Below, in pieces: positions 1 through 9,341 of a DNA stretch of 35,852 nt. Made by a program: the position numbers and the translations under genes. Below the pieces are notes generated by a model that was not told the DNA's origin, made no database searches, and saw only the letters and a program-made list of their open reading frames with translations. The stretch is from a virus (Duplodnaviria > Caudoviricetes): positions 1-35,852 of IMG/VR virus record IMGVR_UViG_3300037755_000487; one strand, 5' to 3'. Position 1 is the stretch's first letter. The number at the start of each line of letters is the position of its first letter.

Positions 1-1402
1 TGATGTTTCCGCTCACGCGCGCGCGATCGGCGCAAAGTTGGAATGCGGTCGTACCAACGAGCGGAACGAAATTGTCTTCGACGACCATGTCCGTAATGAT
101 CGTCTGTGCGGATCCTGGGCCGAAGCCGCCTAACGTGTCATCTCCTGCCCCGCCACCCATGGTGTTTCTTCGGATGAGCCAGAATGGCTGGTAGTCGGGA
201 TCGACGACCTGGGAACCGGCCGCATAGGGGTTTGGCCGACCGCCCGCTTGTCGCCATACGTCGTTTCCGAAATCTCCGACCGATTCGGAATGCGAAAGAA
301 TGATTTTAGATCCGTAGTTCCACCGGATGCACCCGCTTACCGGCACACCCGCCAACGCGTCGCAAGTGACACCCATCCATGCTGACCGCGTGTGATCGAG
401 CAAGCCGAAAGATCGCCGTCCCGCGTCCGTCACAGTGACGTCGACGAATGCGAACAGATCGGGCACCTTCAAATTCCCAGACCTGTTCGACAACAGAATC
501 ATGGCGATCTTGTCGACTAACATATCCAGCGCAAGAAAATTCGAGATCCCATCCGCATGGGTCGAATTCGCACGGAACAGCAGGAGTGTCGCCGCCGTGG
601 AATCGTTTCCGATGAAGTCGATTTCTGAAAATGCGACGTCGTCAGAGGCCGCCCCAGAGCCTCCAATATCGTGGAATGCGATTGCGCCGGCGGAAGACCC
701 ATCAACGATCGGATGCCCCCCCGTTGCCCCATAGGCACCGACTCGAATGGGTCCAGTCAGCAGGGTCAGCGTCGATCCATCCTTGGTCCACGTCTGACCG
801 CGACGGAACAGACAACGCGCCGCGCCGCTCGCACCGGCAGCGCCACATGTTGTCATCGCCGTTTCGTAATCGCTCGTCTGGAGCCCCGTCGATCCCGTTG
901 GGCATCCGTCAGCGCCGCCGGTTGGCGTCGCATCGGTCGCTATGCAGTATGTCGACGCCGCGAAGACGGTGTCGGGGTCAGTGACGGTCACGTCGACTGT
1001 GTCCGTATCCACGTTCCCAGCCTCATCCGACACTGTCAACGTAATCGTTTTCGCCGCGCCACCACCCGACTCGAAGACGTGAGCCGATATGCATCCTCTG
1101 TCGGCGTCTTTCGTGTCTCCGCTCACTGCCCACGTCTGGCCAGTCGTCTCGCCGAAATCCCAGTGACACTCGAGATCGCGGAATGGATCCACGTCCGAAT
1201 CAGTGTGAGCCGACACCGTCGCGTCGAAGAATACGTAGAGAGGAGCAACGCCACTCGTGCGCGACGCCTCGACCGACGCGGTGATCGGCGACCCGGGAGG
1301 GTCCGTTCGTTGCGTCCCGCCGCCGCCCATCATGCTCGGGCTCGGCCATCCGGTGAGGACGAGCGCAACGCTCGCCAGGGCGACGGATCGCGGAGTGCTC
1401 AC
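1..1402 (-). CDS. PKD-domain protein with hydrophobic N-terminus and probable beta-helix region (3' end outside window)
   Basis: Translated by hand, absent from the ORF track. GTG at 1402 overlaps the upstream TGA (GTGA). Reads MSTPRSVALASVALVLTGW...ASRTSGVAPLYVFFDAT...ECHWDFGE...AHVFESGG..KTITLTVSDEAGNVDTDTVDVTV (PKD-like WDFG motif) and stays open to the window edge. Confidence 0.75.
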   Translation of the reverse strand, partial: MSTPRSVALASVALVLTGWPSPSMMGGGGTQRTDPPGSPITASVEASRTSGVAPLYVFFDATVSAHTDSDVDPFRDLECHWDFGETTGQTWAVSGDTKDADRGCISAHVFESGGGAAKTITLTVSDEAGNVDTDTVDVTVTDPDTVFAASTYCIATDATPTGGADGCPTGSTGLQTSDYETAMTTCGAAGASGAARCLFRRGQTWTKDGSTLTLLTGPIRVGAYGATGGHPIVDGSSAGAIAFHDIGGSGAASDDVAFSEIDFIGNDSTAATLLLFRANSTHADGISNFLALDMLVDKIAMILLSNRSGNLKVPDLFAFVDVTVTDAGRRSFGLLDHTRSAWMGVTCDALAGVPVSGCIRWNYGSKIILSHSESVGDFGNDVWRQAGGRPNPYAAGSQVVDPDYQPFWLIRRNTMGGGAGDDTLGGFGPGSAQTIITDMVVEDNFVPLVGTTAFQLCADRARVSGNI

Positions 1403-4400
1403 GGCGACACCCACCCGACGTTGCTAGTCGAGTACCAATTGCCGCCCGCCGCGCCGAGCTGAAGAAGGCAGACTTGATCACCCGCCGTTGAACTGGAGAT
1501 CGTTACCCCGTCGGCCAGGTCGTTGCCGTCGAGCTGGATTCGATCCGCCGCGTCCGGGTCGATCGAGTAAGCGGCGCCGTCCAGGTTCCGGAAGCAGCAA
1601 CTCTCGCCGAACGGGGCCGCGACGAGCGGTAGGACGGTCGTGTAGGGACCCCCTGTGAGCGCGATCATATCGCCCAAACACTGCGACTCCGTCAGCGTAT
1701 CACCTGCCGACTGAGAATTTGCTAGGCGGACGTACCCAGCAACGAAACTCGACGTGACGAGAGACGTCCCGGTTGCCGCCCCGATGTCCCCGCCCGCGAA
1801 GAGTGCCGAGCCCGTCCCGGATTCGTCGCTGATGATCGCGCGCAGCTTCGCGCTCGTGTCGATCTCGGAGGTGCGCAGCAATGCGGAATCAATCCGAGCA
1901 TCGGCAACGGTTCCGGCCGTGATGTTCGATCCGCTGATGCCGGTTCCGATTTTCGCGCCGCTGAGAGTTCCGTCGGCCAAGTCGTCGAGGTCCGCGTCCC
2001 ACGCCTGCACGCTCGATCCGATGTCGGCGGGGACGAGAGGTAGCGGGCTCCATCCGCGCTCCGAGAGGACGATCCAACCGTTGACGTTATTCGATGCGAT
2101 CCGAACCCGGTCGCCACGGGCTCCGTTCGAGACGATCGAGACGCCGTCGGCCAGATCCACTCCGTTTATTTGAATCCGATCCGCCGCGTTCGGAGTGATC
2201 GTATAGACAGCGTCGTCGAGCGCGTAGAAGGTGCATTCTTCCTTCGCGGGCGCAGACACGGCTTCCAATGTTAGTTCAAATGGTCCACCGATCATCGGGT
2301 GGACTTCACCGAGACAATCGATCTGCGGAACAACGTCGCCAAAGCTGTACGGCGCATAGACCGTTCCACCCTTGATCGTCCCGGTCGTCGCGATCGATCG
2401 CGTTGCCGGGTCGCCCGCGAGCTGGCGAATCGGACCGAGCGACGACTGATAATCGCAAGCGCCAGAGTTGGATGTTCCGACTTTTGCGCAGAATCCTTGA
2501 TCGCCAATGTCGATCGTCACGCTCGACGAAGCGCCGCGCATAGCAGCGCCGGACAGAATGTCCGCATCGAGGAGATCGTCGTAGGTGAAATCAGCGGTGT
2601 CGATCGGGTCCTCCAGATGCGCGCGAATCCGCAGCGTCTGGATATCTCCGCCCGAGGTCGTCGTAATCGCCGGGTATCGTGCGATCGAGAGATCCGAGTC
2701 GTCGACGAACGTCCCGGGCTTGGATCCAGAGAGCACGAGATCGAGATCGAGCATCCCGACCGTCCCAAGCCTCGCGATGCCTCGGAAGCAGTAGTCACCG
2801 GATATTTCGATGCGGCCGTTCAGCTCTTCCGTCGACGAGCCACCGTCGAGCATATACGAGTCCGCGCCTAACGTCGTGTCCTCGCAGTTTGCCCCGGTCT
2901 TGTCGCCGCGAATTCTGAAATCAACATTACCGCCGTTGAGGAACCCGATCGGCCCGTCGATTTCACCTGACAGCGCGATCGAATTTCCGGCCATCGGCGC
3001 GTTGAAATCGAAGAATCCGCCAGGGTTCGCAGGACCATTGATGCTCGTCAACCGCCACCTGAACGCACCGCCGATGGTGGTCGTCGCTGCCCCCTGCGTC
3101 GTCGGGTCGATCACGTCCGCCCAGGGACGCTGATGAAATCCTCGATCGCCCTCCCAGTACGACGCGCCCGAGACGTATGTCTGTGTTGCTGCGCCGACGG
3201 ATAGCGACGCATCACCGCGGAGATCAAGCTGGGGATTCGCGCTCGCGAGGTCGCTCCGGCCTGCGTGGCCGCCGAGCTTCGTGTCAATCAGATAGAGCCG
3301 GGTGGCGTACGGTAGTCCGTCACCCGACACGGCGGCGATTCCCGCGTCGGCCACGAGCTGATCGTCTCCCTCGGTCGCCAGCGCGTAGCGCTCACAGAGT
3401 GCGGTCGGAGCGCCGTCGCACCCCGCGTAGTCGCTGCTCAGGTGTCCGTTCCGAACGATCACGATCGCATCGTGCTGCACACCGCCGCAGACATCGCTCG
3501 ATCCGAGGTAGTACTCGTCGCCGGACGCCTCGACGCAGGGAGTGGGCGTGCCGGCCCCGTCCGTCGAGCCGTAGAACAGCGTGACGTTCTTTTTCGCGCC
3601 GCTCGTCGCGAGTATATGACCGTTGAAATCGATCGAAATGATGGGAGCGTCCGACCCGCCCGTCGGCAGATACCACCGGATCGGTATAGCTGGGTCGTAG
3701 GTGTAGTCGTCGGCGAGGATGACCGACGCCATGATCGTTTCGGTGTTAGTCGCGCTCGGGAGGACGAGCGACTGAAAGTAGGCGTTCAGCTCGCCGTTGC
3801 TCGACACGGCAACGGGGGCACCCAGTGTCCCGGCGACGCGAAGCGCTTCGAGCGCGTCGATGAGGATCTTGTCGGCTGCGCTGAGAACACCGGCGTCCGA
3901 CGCGTTCGCAGCCGGGATCGTCGCATCCGTCCCGGTGTCGCTATTGATGGTCACCTGGGAGGCGGCGGGCGTCGCAGTGAGGTTCGTCGCGCCTCCTCCG
4001 ACGCCCGATCCGCACGGTAGACCCGATGCAGCCTCGACCAGGTCGCCGGTCGCGTCGTACTCCACGCAATTGCCGGCCGTTCCTGCGGTGCCCGTCACGA
4101 GCTGGCCGTCGGTCCCGGTCCGGAGAGTCGCATCGATCTGACCGATGGAGTTGATCGCGCCGTCCGAAATTGAACCGTCCGCCTCGAGGGCCGCGGCATT
4201 TCCGAAATCGCCTGACTCCGGGACGTCGTCCTCCGTCGAAAGGATCCTCGCATTGAGCTCTGCGAGCGCCGCTTCGACGTTCACCGCCGTGAAAATCGAG
4301 CCCGCGTCCTCAATACCGATGAGGCTCGCGCCCTGCCCTGTCGACGTGCTGGCAAGACTCGACGACGCGAGAGCGCCGACCACCTGGCCGACCGTGTAGT

Positions 4401-4740
4401 CGCCGGACTGGGCAGTGACGGCGCCCGAGCGTCCGAAGACAGTCGAGACGCCGCCACCTCCCCCGGCAGTAAGCGTAGAAGCGAGAACTTTCCATTCAAG
4501 GATGTTCTTGTCGCAGACGCAGTAATTGAGCTGCGCGAAGAGCGGAGTCCCGCCGCCGTCGCAGGTGTCGGCGCTGACCGGGTCCGTGACGACGTAGTTG
4601 CTGATCACGTTGGCCGAGCAGGTCGGGAGCGCATCTGCGATTGTGTTCATCGCGGTGATCGGTCCGAATTGGATCTGCGCCATCGCCATCGTCGGAAGAG
4701 CCAAGACCAAGGCGATCGCTGCGAGTGTTAGTCGAACCAC
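1399..4740 (-). CDS. Large (~1113 aa) Gly/Ala/Thr/Asp-rich fibre- or adhesin-like protein with signal-peptide-like N-terminus
   Basis: Start re-called to GTG 4740, which has an AAGGAG RBS 6 nt upstream; the longer ORF overlaps two other genes. N-terminus MVRLTLAAIALVLALPTMAMA-Q; VSTVFGRSGAVTAQSGDY motif; duplicated C-terminal domain. Confidence 0.75.
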   Translation of the reverse strand: MVRLTLAAIALVLALPTMAMAQIQFGPITAMNTIADALPTCSANVISNYVVTDPVSADTCDGGGTPLFAQLNYCVCDKNILEWKVLASTLTAGGGGGVSTVFGRSGAVTAQSGDYTVGQVVGALASSSLASTSTGQGASLIGIEDAGSIFTAVNVEAALAELNARILSTEDDVPESGDFGNAAALEADGSISDGAINSIGQIDATLRTGTDGQLVTGTAGTAGNCVEYDATGDLVEAASGLPCGSGVGGGATNLTATPAASQVTINSDTGTDATIPAANASDAGVLSAADKILIDALEALRVAGTLGAPVAVSSNGELNAYFQSLVLPSATNTETIMASVILADDYTYDPAIPIRWYLPTGGSDAPIISIDFNGHILATSGAKKNVTLFYGSTDGAGTPTPCVEASGDEYYLGSSDVCGGVQHDAIVIVRNGHLSSDYAGCDGAPTALCERYALATEGDDQLVADAGIAAVSGDGLPYATRLYLIDTKLGGHAGRSDLASANPQLDLRGDASLSVGAATQTYVSGASYWEGDRGFHQRPWADVIDPTTQGAATTTIGGAFRWRLTSINGPANPGGFFDFNAPMAGNSIALSGEIDGPIGFLNGGNVDFRIRGDKTGANCEDTTLGADSYMLDGGSSTEELNGRIEISGDYCFRGIARLGTVGMLDLDLVLSGSKPGTFVDDSDLSIARYPAITTTSGGDIQTLRIRAHLEDPIDTADFTYDDLLDADILSGAAMRGASSSVTIDIGDQGFCAKVGTSNSGACDYQSSLGPIRQLAGDPATRSIATTGTIKGGTVYAPYSFGDVVPQIDCLGEVHPMIGGPFELTLEAVSAPAKEECTFYALDDAVYTITPNAADRIQINGVDLADGVSIVSNGARGDRVRIASNNVNGWIVLSERGWSPLPLVPADIGSSVQAWDADLDDLADGTLSGAKIGTGISGSNITAGTVADARIDSALLRTSEIDTSAKLRAIISDESGTGSALFAGGDIGAATGTSLVTSSFVAGYVRLANSQSAGDTLTESQCLGDMIALTGGPYTTVLPLVAAPFGESCCFRNLDGAAYSIDPDAADRIQLDGNDLADGVTISSSTAGDQVCLLQLGAAGGNWYSTSNVGWVSP

Positions 4741-4751
4741 GGTGAACTCCT

Positions 4752-5105
4752 TCAAGATAGGCCTGGGAGCGGAGCTGCGAGCGGATCGATTCCGATCACG
4801 TTGACGCGGCTCACGGCGATGATCACGCCGATGGGATTGTTGAACTCGAACCAGACCGTCCCTTCCTTCGGGTGGTCCCAGAAGAGCGGATCGAAGCGCG
4901 GACTGTTTCCGCCCGGCGCGGCATAGACGTACTCGTAATCGGACATCCCAGCGTGCGGAGCGTGGACCGTGAGCGTGCGCGGATCGGCGTCCTGGATGAA
5001 GAACGTAAGAAGCTGAGTCCCGTCGTTCTTGAATGTGTCTCCGCCCGATGCCGAAGCGGCAACGAAGGACAAGCTCGGTCCTGTGGACATGGGAATCAGC
5101 GCCAC
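4752..5105 (-). CDS. Hypothetical phage protein, beta-rich, possibly structural
   Basis: 117-aa ORF tightly packed in the tail operon, abutting the upstream stop. Confidence 0.65.
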   Translation of the reverse strand: MALIPMSTGPSLSFVAASASGGDTFKNDGTQLLTFFIQDADPRTLTVHAPHAGMSDYEYVYAAPGGNSPRFDPLFWDHPKEGTVWFEFNNPIGVIIAVSRVNVIGIDPLAAPLPGLS

Positions 5106-5447
5106 CTAGCCGTCCTCCAGGAGCGCACCGATTCGCGCGATCGCCTCGCCCTCGTCGAAGTCGATCGTCTGCGAGAGCACCTCCGAGAAGACTCGAACGA
5201 TCGCTGCCAAGACGGGATCTCTCGACATGCGACGCGCAAGTAGATTCCCGCCAGTAAGCGGAGTCGACTTCGGCGAAACACACGTCACGATCTTCCCGTT
5301 CTCGAATCGCCGCTCTCCTGGGTTGTCGATGCAGACCTGCCACTGGTTCGACGTGATGCTGAAAGCCTCGGCGGGAATCACACGATGGATCGCGTCGTCG
5401 TAGTAGGCGATCGGGTGCCCGGCGTCGTCCGTTTGACAGAATTTCAT
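5106..5447 (-). CDS. Putative tail fibre assembly chaperone
   Basis: Directly follows the tail fibre gene; ATG 5447 with GGAAGG RBS; 'YYDDAIHRVIPAEAFSITSNQWQ' resembles fibre-assembly N-termini. Confidence 0.6.
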   Translation of the reverse strand: MKFCQTDDAGHPIAYYDDAIHRVIPAEAFSITSNQWQVCIDNPGERRFENGKIVTCVSPKSTPLTGGNLLARRMSRDPVLAAIVRVFSEVLSQTIDFDEGEAIARIGALLEDG

Positions 5448-5461
5448 GACCTTACCTTCCC

Positions 5462-6391
5462 CTAGTGACCGATCGAGAGCCAATCGACGAGTTGGTTGTT
5501 GTTGTCCGTCGAGATTCGGATCGTTGTGAGCGGTGTCGACGGATGCGGACGCGCACCCGACGGGCCCTGATTCGTATCGATTGAATTCACTCGCCCAGAC
5601 GCGCCCGCCCAGAGATGCGCGGTCGGATAGGCGATCGGGAGCGTCACATCATGCGCCAGCGTGTCGCTGATCAGGCCCGTCTGACCCCACTGAATGATCA
5701 GGCCGCCAGGCAGGATCTGATATCCGTTGGCCGTCTTTGAGCTTCCGAGCGCGCCGAGCGCGGCCGGGCTCACAGCACGGGTTGCATCGGTACCCGCAAG
5801 CACCTCTGCCGCCGTGGCGAGTTCGACGAGGCCCCTCTGGATATCGCTTGCGACCGCGGACGCGAGTCCGGCTGGCGTGACCGCGCGAGTCGAGTCGGAG
5901 AGGGCCTGCGTCTCTGCGCCGGTCGCAAGTTCGACCAGCCCGGACAGGACATCGGTCGCGGCGCGCTGATGTAGTCCGGCCGGCGTCACAGCCAGGATTC
6001 CTGGTGTCCCGGAATTCACCTCGGAGAACGATGCTAGTTCGACGAGTCCCTGTTGGGCGCCGTCTGCAATCGGAACCAGAAGAAGCCAATTCGACCCGAG
6101 ATCTGTATGCGGAGCATTCCCGGTGTTTGCGACCACCGCTCGGTAGGCCTTGCGATTGAACGGAGCGATGACGAGCGCGCCCTCGGTGTACACCGTTGCG
6201 GCGTTCCACTCGGGAATTCCATGGTCTTCGATGTGCGCGAGCATGTCGTCGACCCGCGCGGCACGCCAGTTCTCTTGCTGGTACGGCGGCTTTTCCGCGA
6301 TCCAGCCTAGATCGACCTTCGCATCGCCGGGATCTGTCTGTGCCCCGGCCTCGGCCCAACGGTGCTCGAATGTTCGGCGTACTCCGGCCAT
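5462..6391 (-). CDS. Tail fibre protein
   Basis: Three GLVELA(T/S)..E.....(R/L)AV(T/S)PA.L repeats; WNAATVYTEGALV carbohydrate-binding-like motif; C-terminal NGYQILPGGLIIQWG (gp53-like) domain; follows baseplate genes. Confidence 0.85.
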   Translation of the reverse strand: MAGVRRTFEHRWAEAGAQTDPGDAKVDLGWIAEKPPYQQENWRAARVDDMLAHIEDHGIPEWNAATVYTEGALVIAPFNRKAYRAVVANTGNAPHTDLGSNWLLLVPIADGAQQGLVELASFSEVNSGTPGILAVTPAGLHQRAATDVLSGLVELATGAETQALSDSTRAVTPAGLASAVASDIQRGLVELATAAEVLAGTDATRAVSPAALGALGSSKTANGYQILPGGLIIQWGQTGLISDTLAHDVTLPIAYPTAHLWAGASGRVNSIDTNQGPSGARPHPSTPLTTIRISTDNNNQLVDWLSIGH

Positions 6392-6393
6392 GG

Positions 6394-7038
6394 CTACAGC
6401 CCCACAATCGTTAGGTTTACGCCCGGAGGCCTTGGGATCACGGGGAGCTGTCCCCGGATCCCACCAAGGGCGTTCAGGATGGCGAGTTCTTCCGCGCTCA
6501 AGACGCGTTGCACTTCAGCGGTCGCCGTCGCCGGCGGCGTGAATATGATGTGAACAGGTGTCACAGGGGAGTCGTCGAGCACCGCCTGGATCGAGGCGAT
6601 CACGTCCTCGGGCGTCGCGCGCGTCTGGTTTCGCACGATTTTCGCGCGCAGCATTCTCCGATATTCATTATCTCCGAGCAGAGCGTTCGCGGTCGGGCTC
6701 TCGAAGATCGATCTAAACCGGAGGCCCTGTTCCGGATCTGTGAGATCGCCAAACCCTTCCGCGGCCGGTCCACCCGCTCCATCGTGATAGGCGAAATAGT
6801 CGATCGGAACGACGCCCGAGACTTCGCGGGGCTGCCCGAGGATCTGCCCGAGTCCGTCGAGACCATCGCCCGACGCGGTATCGATCCGCCGCAGGAGTTC
6901 CATTGCCAGCGCCGCGTCGCGGGCGAGCGTGGTCTCGTCGACGAAGAGCTGAATGATTCCCTGGAGCTTCGGACTCTCCCGATACTGGTAGGCCAGGCGG
7001 GACATCGCGGTGGCGAGTAGGTCGCTTGACGGGATCAT
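6394..7038 (-). CDS. Baseplate wedge protein (DUF2612-like)
   Basis: QYRESPKL...IDTASGDGLDGLGQILGQPR...DNEYRRMLRAKI motifs; follows baseplate J. Confidence 0.8.
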   Translation of the reverse strand: MIPSSDLLATAMSRLAYQYRESPKLQGIIQLFVDETTLARDAALAMELLRRIDTASGDGLDGLGQILGQPREVSGVVPIDYFAYHDGAGGPAAEGFGDLTDPEQGLRFRSIFESPTANALLGDNEYRRMLRAKIVRNQTRATPEDVIASIQAVLDDSPVTPVHIIFTPPATATAEVQRVLSAEELAILNALGGIRGQLPVIPRPPGVNLTIVGL

Positions 7039-8216
7039 GAGATCACCGTGATGTCGGAAATCTGCCAGCCCGAGATCTCCGTCTCATCGATCACGATGTC
7101 GGCGGTGCCCAGCGTCGGGTCGCCGATCTCGAGGGAGATCACATGATGACCTTGGACCGAGTTGATCGCCGTATAGAGATCGTTAAGGAATACGTCGTCG
7201 CCGATGCCAAGGTAGAAGTCGTCCTCGAACGATCCCGCCGCGTAGTCGACCAGCGCCTGCTTGATGTCGTCGTCTCCCGTCGCCGGGTAGTTCGCGGTCG
7301 CCGAGAGCGTGACCTCGACGATGATCGGGATCACCGTCGGCCGCGTGAATTTGATCGCCTGCGTGTATCCCTGCGAATCGGTGATGTTCTCGGTGGTGGT
7401 CCCGAAGAGCTCGATCCCGGTCGGGTGGTTCTCCCAGATCGCCTGTGCCACCTCAGCGTCGTCTCCGCCGACCACAACGACCTCATAGGAGTGCGCGGGT
7501 CGTCCGTCGACCGTGCCGCTCGTGTCGTTCACATAGACGCGGCATCGCGAGACGCCGTCGAGCTGGAGGATCGCCGAATAGAGCGATTCGAGAATGTTCG
7601 TCGCGCTGTTCTCGGTGCTGAGAATCTGCCGGGCCCGAAGCTCGGCGTCGCTTTCGTCCGAGGTCCCCACCGCATTCGGTGCCCCACTCGAGGTCGTCGT
7701 CACGCCGTTGTCGATTGATGCCCATCCCGAGATCGGAGTAACAATCACGGTCAGCTCATTCGGGCCGACCGTGATGGGACCATTCGAAATGGCGCGGAAC
7801 GTCGCGACGATAGAGCCACCGCCAGGGATCACGATGACCGAGATCGGAAAGAATCGATCCCCGTTTACGGTTTCGATGATCGCCGTTAGGCCGATCACAG
7901 TGGCCGGCGTGCCGGTGACGGTCGCCTGGATGAAACTTTTTGTGCCCGTCTTCCGTGTGATCGCATTCAGCGCGACCAAATCGGAGAGGCTCGCGCCCAC
8001 GGCCTGCCGTGGCCTGAACGACTGATAGACGGCCGCCATCGTCTGCCAGACCTCGTCGATCGCCCCGGCGACCGTTCCGAGGATCTGCGCGTCGGGCGTA
8101 TCGGCCGAGAGATCGACGTCGTCCCCGAAGATGTCCTGCCATCCAGACTCGAAGGTCGCGAGAATCTCGGACATCGTCTTCCGGACGAATCCGGTCTCCG
8201 TGACGCCGTAGATCAC
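7035..8216 (-). CDS. Baseplate J/gp47 family protein
   Basis: GVTETGFVRKT, GTSDESDAELRAR and VYVNDT....DGRPAHSYEVVVVGGDD motifs; 393 aa. Confidence 0.9.
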   Translation of the reverse strand: MIYGVTETGFVRKTMSEILATFESGWQDIFGDDVDLSADTPDAQILGTVAGAIDEVWQTMAAVYQSFRPRQAVGASLSDLVALNAITRKTGTKSFIQATVTGTPATVIGLTAIIETVNGDRFFPISVIVIPGGGSIVATFRAISNGPITVGPNELTVIVTPISGWASIDNGVTTTSSGAPNAVGTSDESDAELRARQILSTENSATNILESLYSAILQLDGVSRCRVYVNDTSGTVDGRPAHSYEVVVVGGDDAEVAQAIWENHPTGIELFGTTTENITDSQGYTQAIKFTRPTVIPIIVEVTLSATANYPATGDDDIKQALVDYAAGSFEDDFYLGIGDDVFLNDLYTAINSVQGHHVISLEIGDPTLGTADIVIDETEISGWQISDITVIS

Positions 8217-8569
8217 GGAGTCACCTCGATCAGACCGGTCGGGCCGTAGATCGTGTCGACTTCAAAGGAGAGAGTTAGGCGACGTGAGGCGACCGCGTAG
8301 GACAGGTCGAACGTGATCAGCGAAACGACGCCCTGGGTCCCCAGGATCCGGTCGCGCAGATCGATCTCGATCAGCCGGATGTCGGGCCGGTCGGAGAAGA
8401 TCCTCTGGAACCAGGCTGTCCCGTCGTTGACGTTGAGGAACCACTCGCCATTGAAGAGCTGTAGGCGGGTGAGAAGCGACTGCGCCACTCCGTCGAGGCC
8501 GCTGGTCAGCGCGATTCCGGCGCGCGTGCCGAAATAGACGTCGTGCGAGCTGTCGAGCGCGAGAGTCAT
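8213..8569 (-). CDS. Baseplate wedge / sheath initiator (gp25/GPW-like)
   Basis: VAQSLLTRLQLFNGEWFLNVNDGTAW...VDTIYG; lies between spike and J. Confidence 0.75.
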   Translation of the reverse strand: MTLALDSSHDVYFGTRAGIALTSGLDGVAQSLLTRLQLFNGEWFLNVNDGTAWFQRIFSDRPDIRLIEIDLRDRILGTQGVVSLITFDLSYAVASRRLTLSFEVDTIYGPTGLIEVTP

Positions 8570-8650
8570 AGAGCCCCGGGTGCCGCCCTATATCTGTTGG
8601 AAGCGGCCCCCGGTTGGGTGTAGAGCCGGCACAATGGTTTTCAATACGGC

Positions 8651-9340
8651 CTAGGAGCGGATCACGTCGACCAGGGCTTTCTGCGCGGCGATGGTGGCCC
8701 CGTTCGAAAGCGGCACACCGCCGACCGTGCTGGTGGCGATCGCGTCGAGAGCCGCACTCAACACCGCCAGGAGCTCGTTCGCTCCGCGGGTCAGCGTGAT
8801 CGGTCCGCCGGCCGCGACCGTGAACGCGGCGGAAGTCGTCTCGACTGTGATGTCGGTGGCGCCGACCGTGATCTTCACGGCCCCATCTTCGGACCGGATC
8901 TCGAGGGCGGTGGTCGAAGATCCCGGCGCCATGGCACTCGACGAGGGCCACAGCCCGAGGATCGCGATCGCGTCGCTGTAGGAGTGGCGTCGAGCGTCGG
9001 GGGGGACGCTTTCGGCCCCTTCTTGAAGCCATCCAGAGGCGTTCCTCTCAATGCAAACGACCAGACATTTGTCGCCCGCCGCGACCGGAAATGTCATCAC
9101 ATAGCCGCCGGCCCTCGGAAACAGAATCGGCACGTCGACGATCTGCGGGACCGTGACCGATTCGAGGGTCCCATCTGGCCGCTCGAATTCGCGCTGTAGC
9201 TCAACCGTCACCTCCGCTCGCTGGGTTGCTGGGTCGAACGAATCGATTCGGCCAGGGAGCGCGGTATGCAGGTCTACGAGGGCGCCGTGCAGCGCCTCGT
9301 CGATGACGTCAACTAACGATAGATCGCGTCCGATTTCCAT
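8651..9340 (-). CDS. Baseplate central spike (Gp138/gpV-like)
   Basis: Start re-called to ATG 9340; LHTALPGRIDSFDPATQRAEV...VPILFPRAGGYVMTFPVAAGDKCLVV...RRHSYSDAIAI. Confidence 0.85.
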   Translation of the reverse strand: MEIGRDLSLVDVIDEALHGALVDLHTALPGRIDSFDPATQRAEVTVELQREFERPDGTLESVTVPQIVDVPILFPRAGGYVMTFPVAAGDKCLVVCIERNASGWLQEGAESVPPDARRHSYSDAIAILGLWPSSSAMAPGSSTTALEIRSEDGAVKITVGATDITVETTSAAFTVAAGGPITLTRGANELLAVLSAALDAIATSTVGGVPLSNGATIAAQKALVDVIRS

Positions 9341-9341
9341 T

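Noticed and set aside
4741-5343. N-terminal 201 aa of the 1314-aa ORF
   Set aside because: Arg-rich shadow frame overlapping two better genes; a strong RBS supports GTG 4740
1399-6391. Diversity-generating retroelement or invertible tail-fibre cassette
   Set aside because: No reverse transcriptase, invertase or near-identical TR/VR pair seen in the window
8617-8629. 13-bp identity (GGTGTAGAGCCGG) with the anticodon arm of the tRNA-like RNA at 31190-31202
   Set aside because: Several 13-mer matches are expected by chance in 36 kb of GC-rich DNA, and there is no flanking similarity
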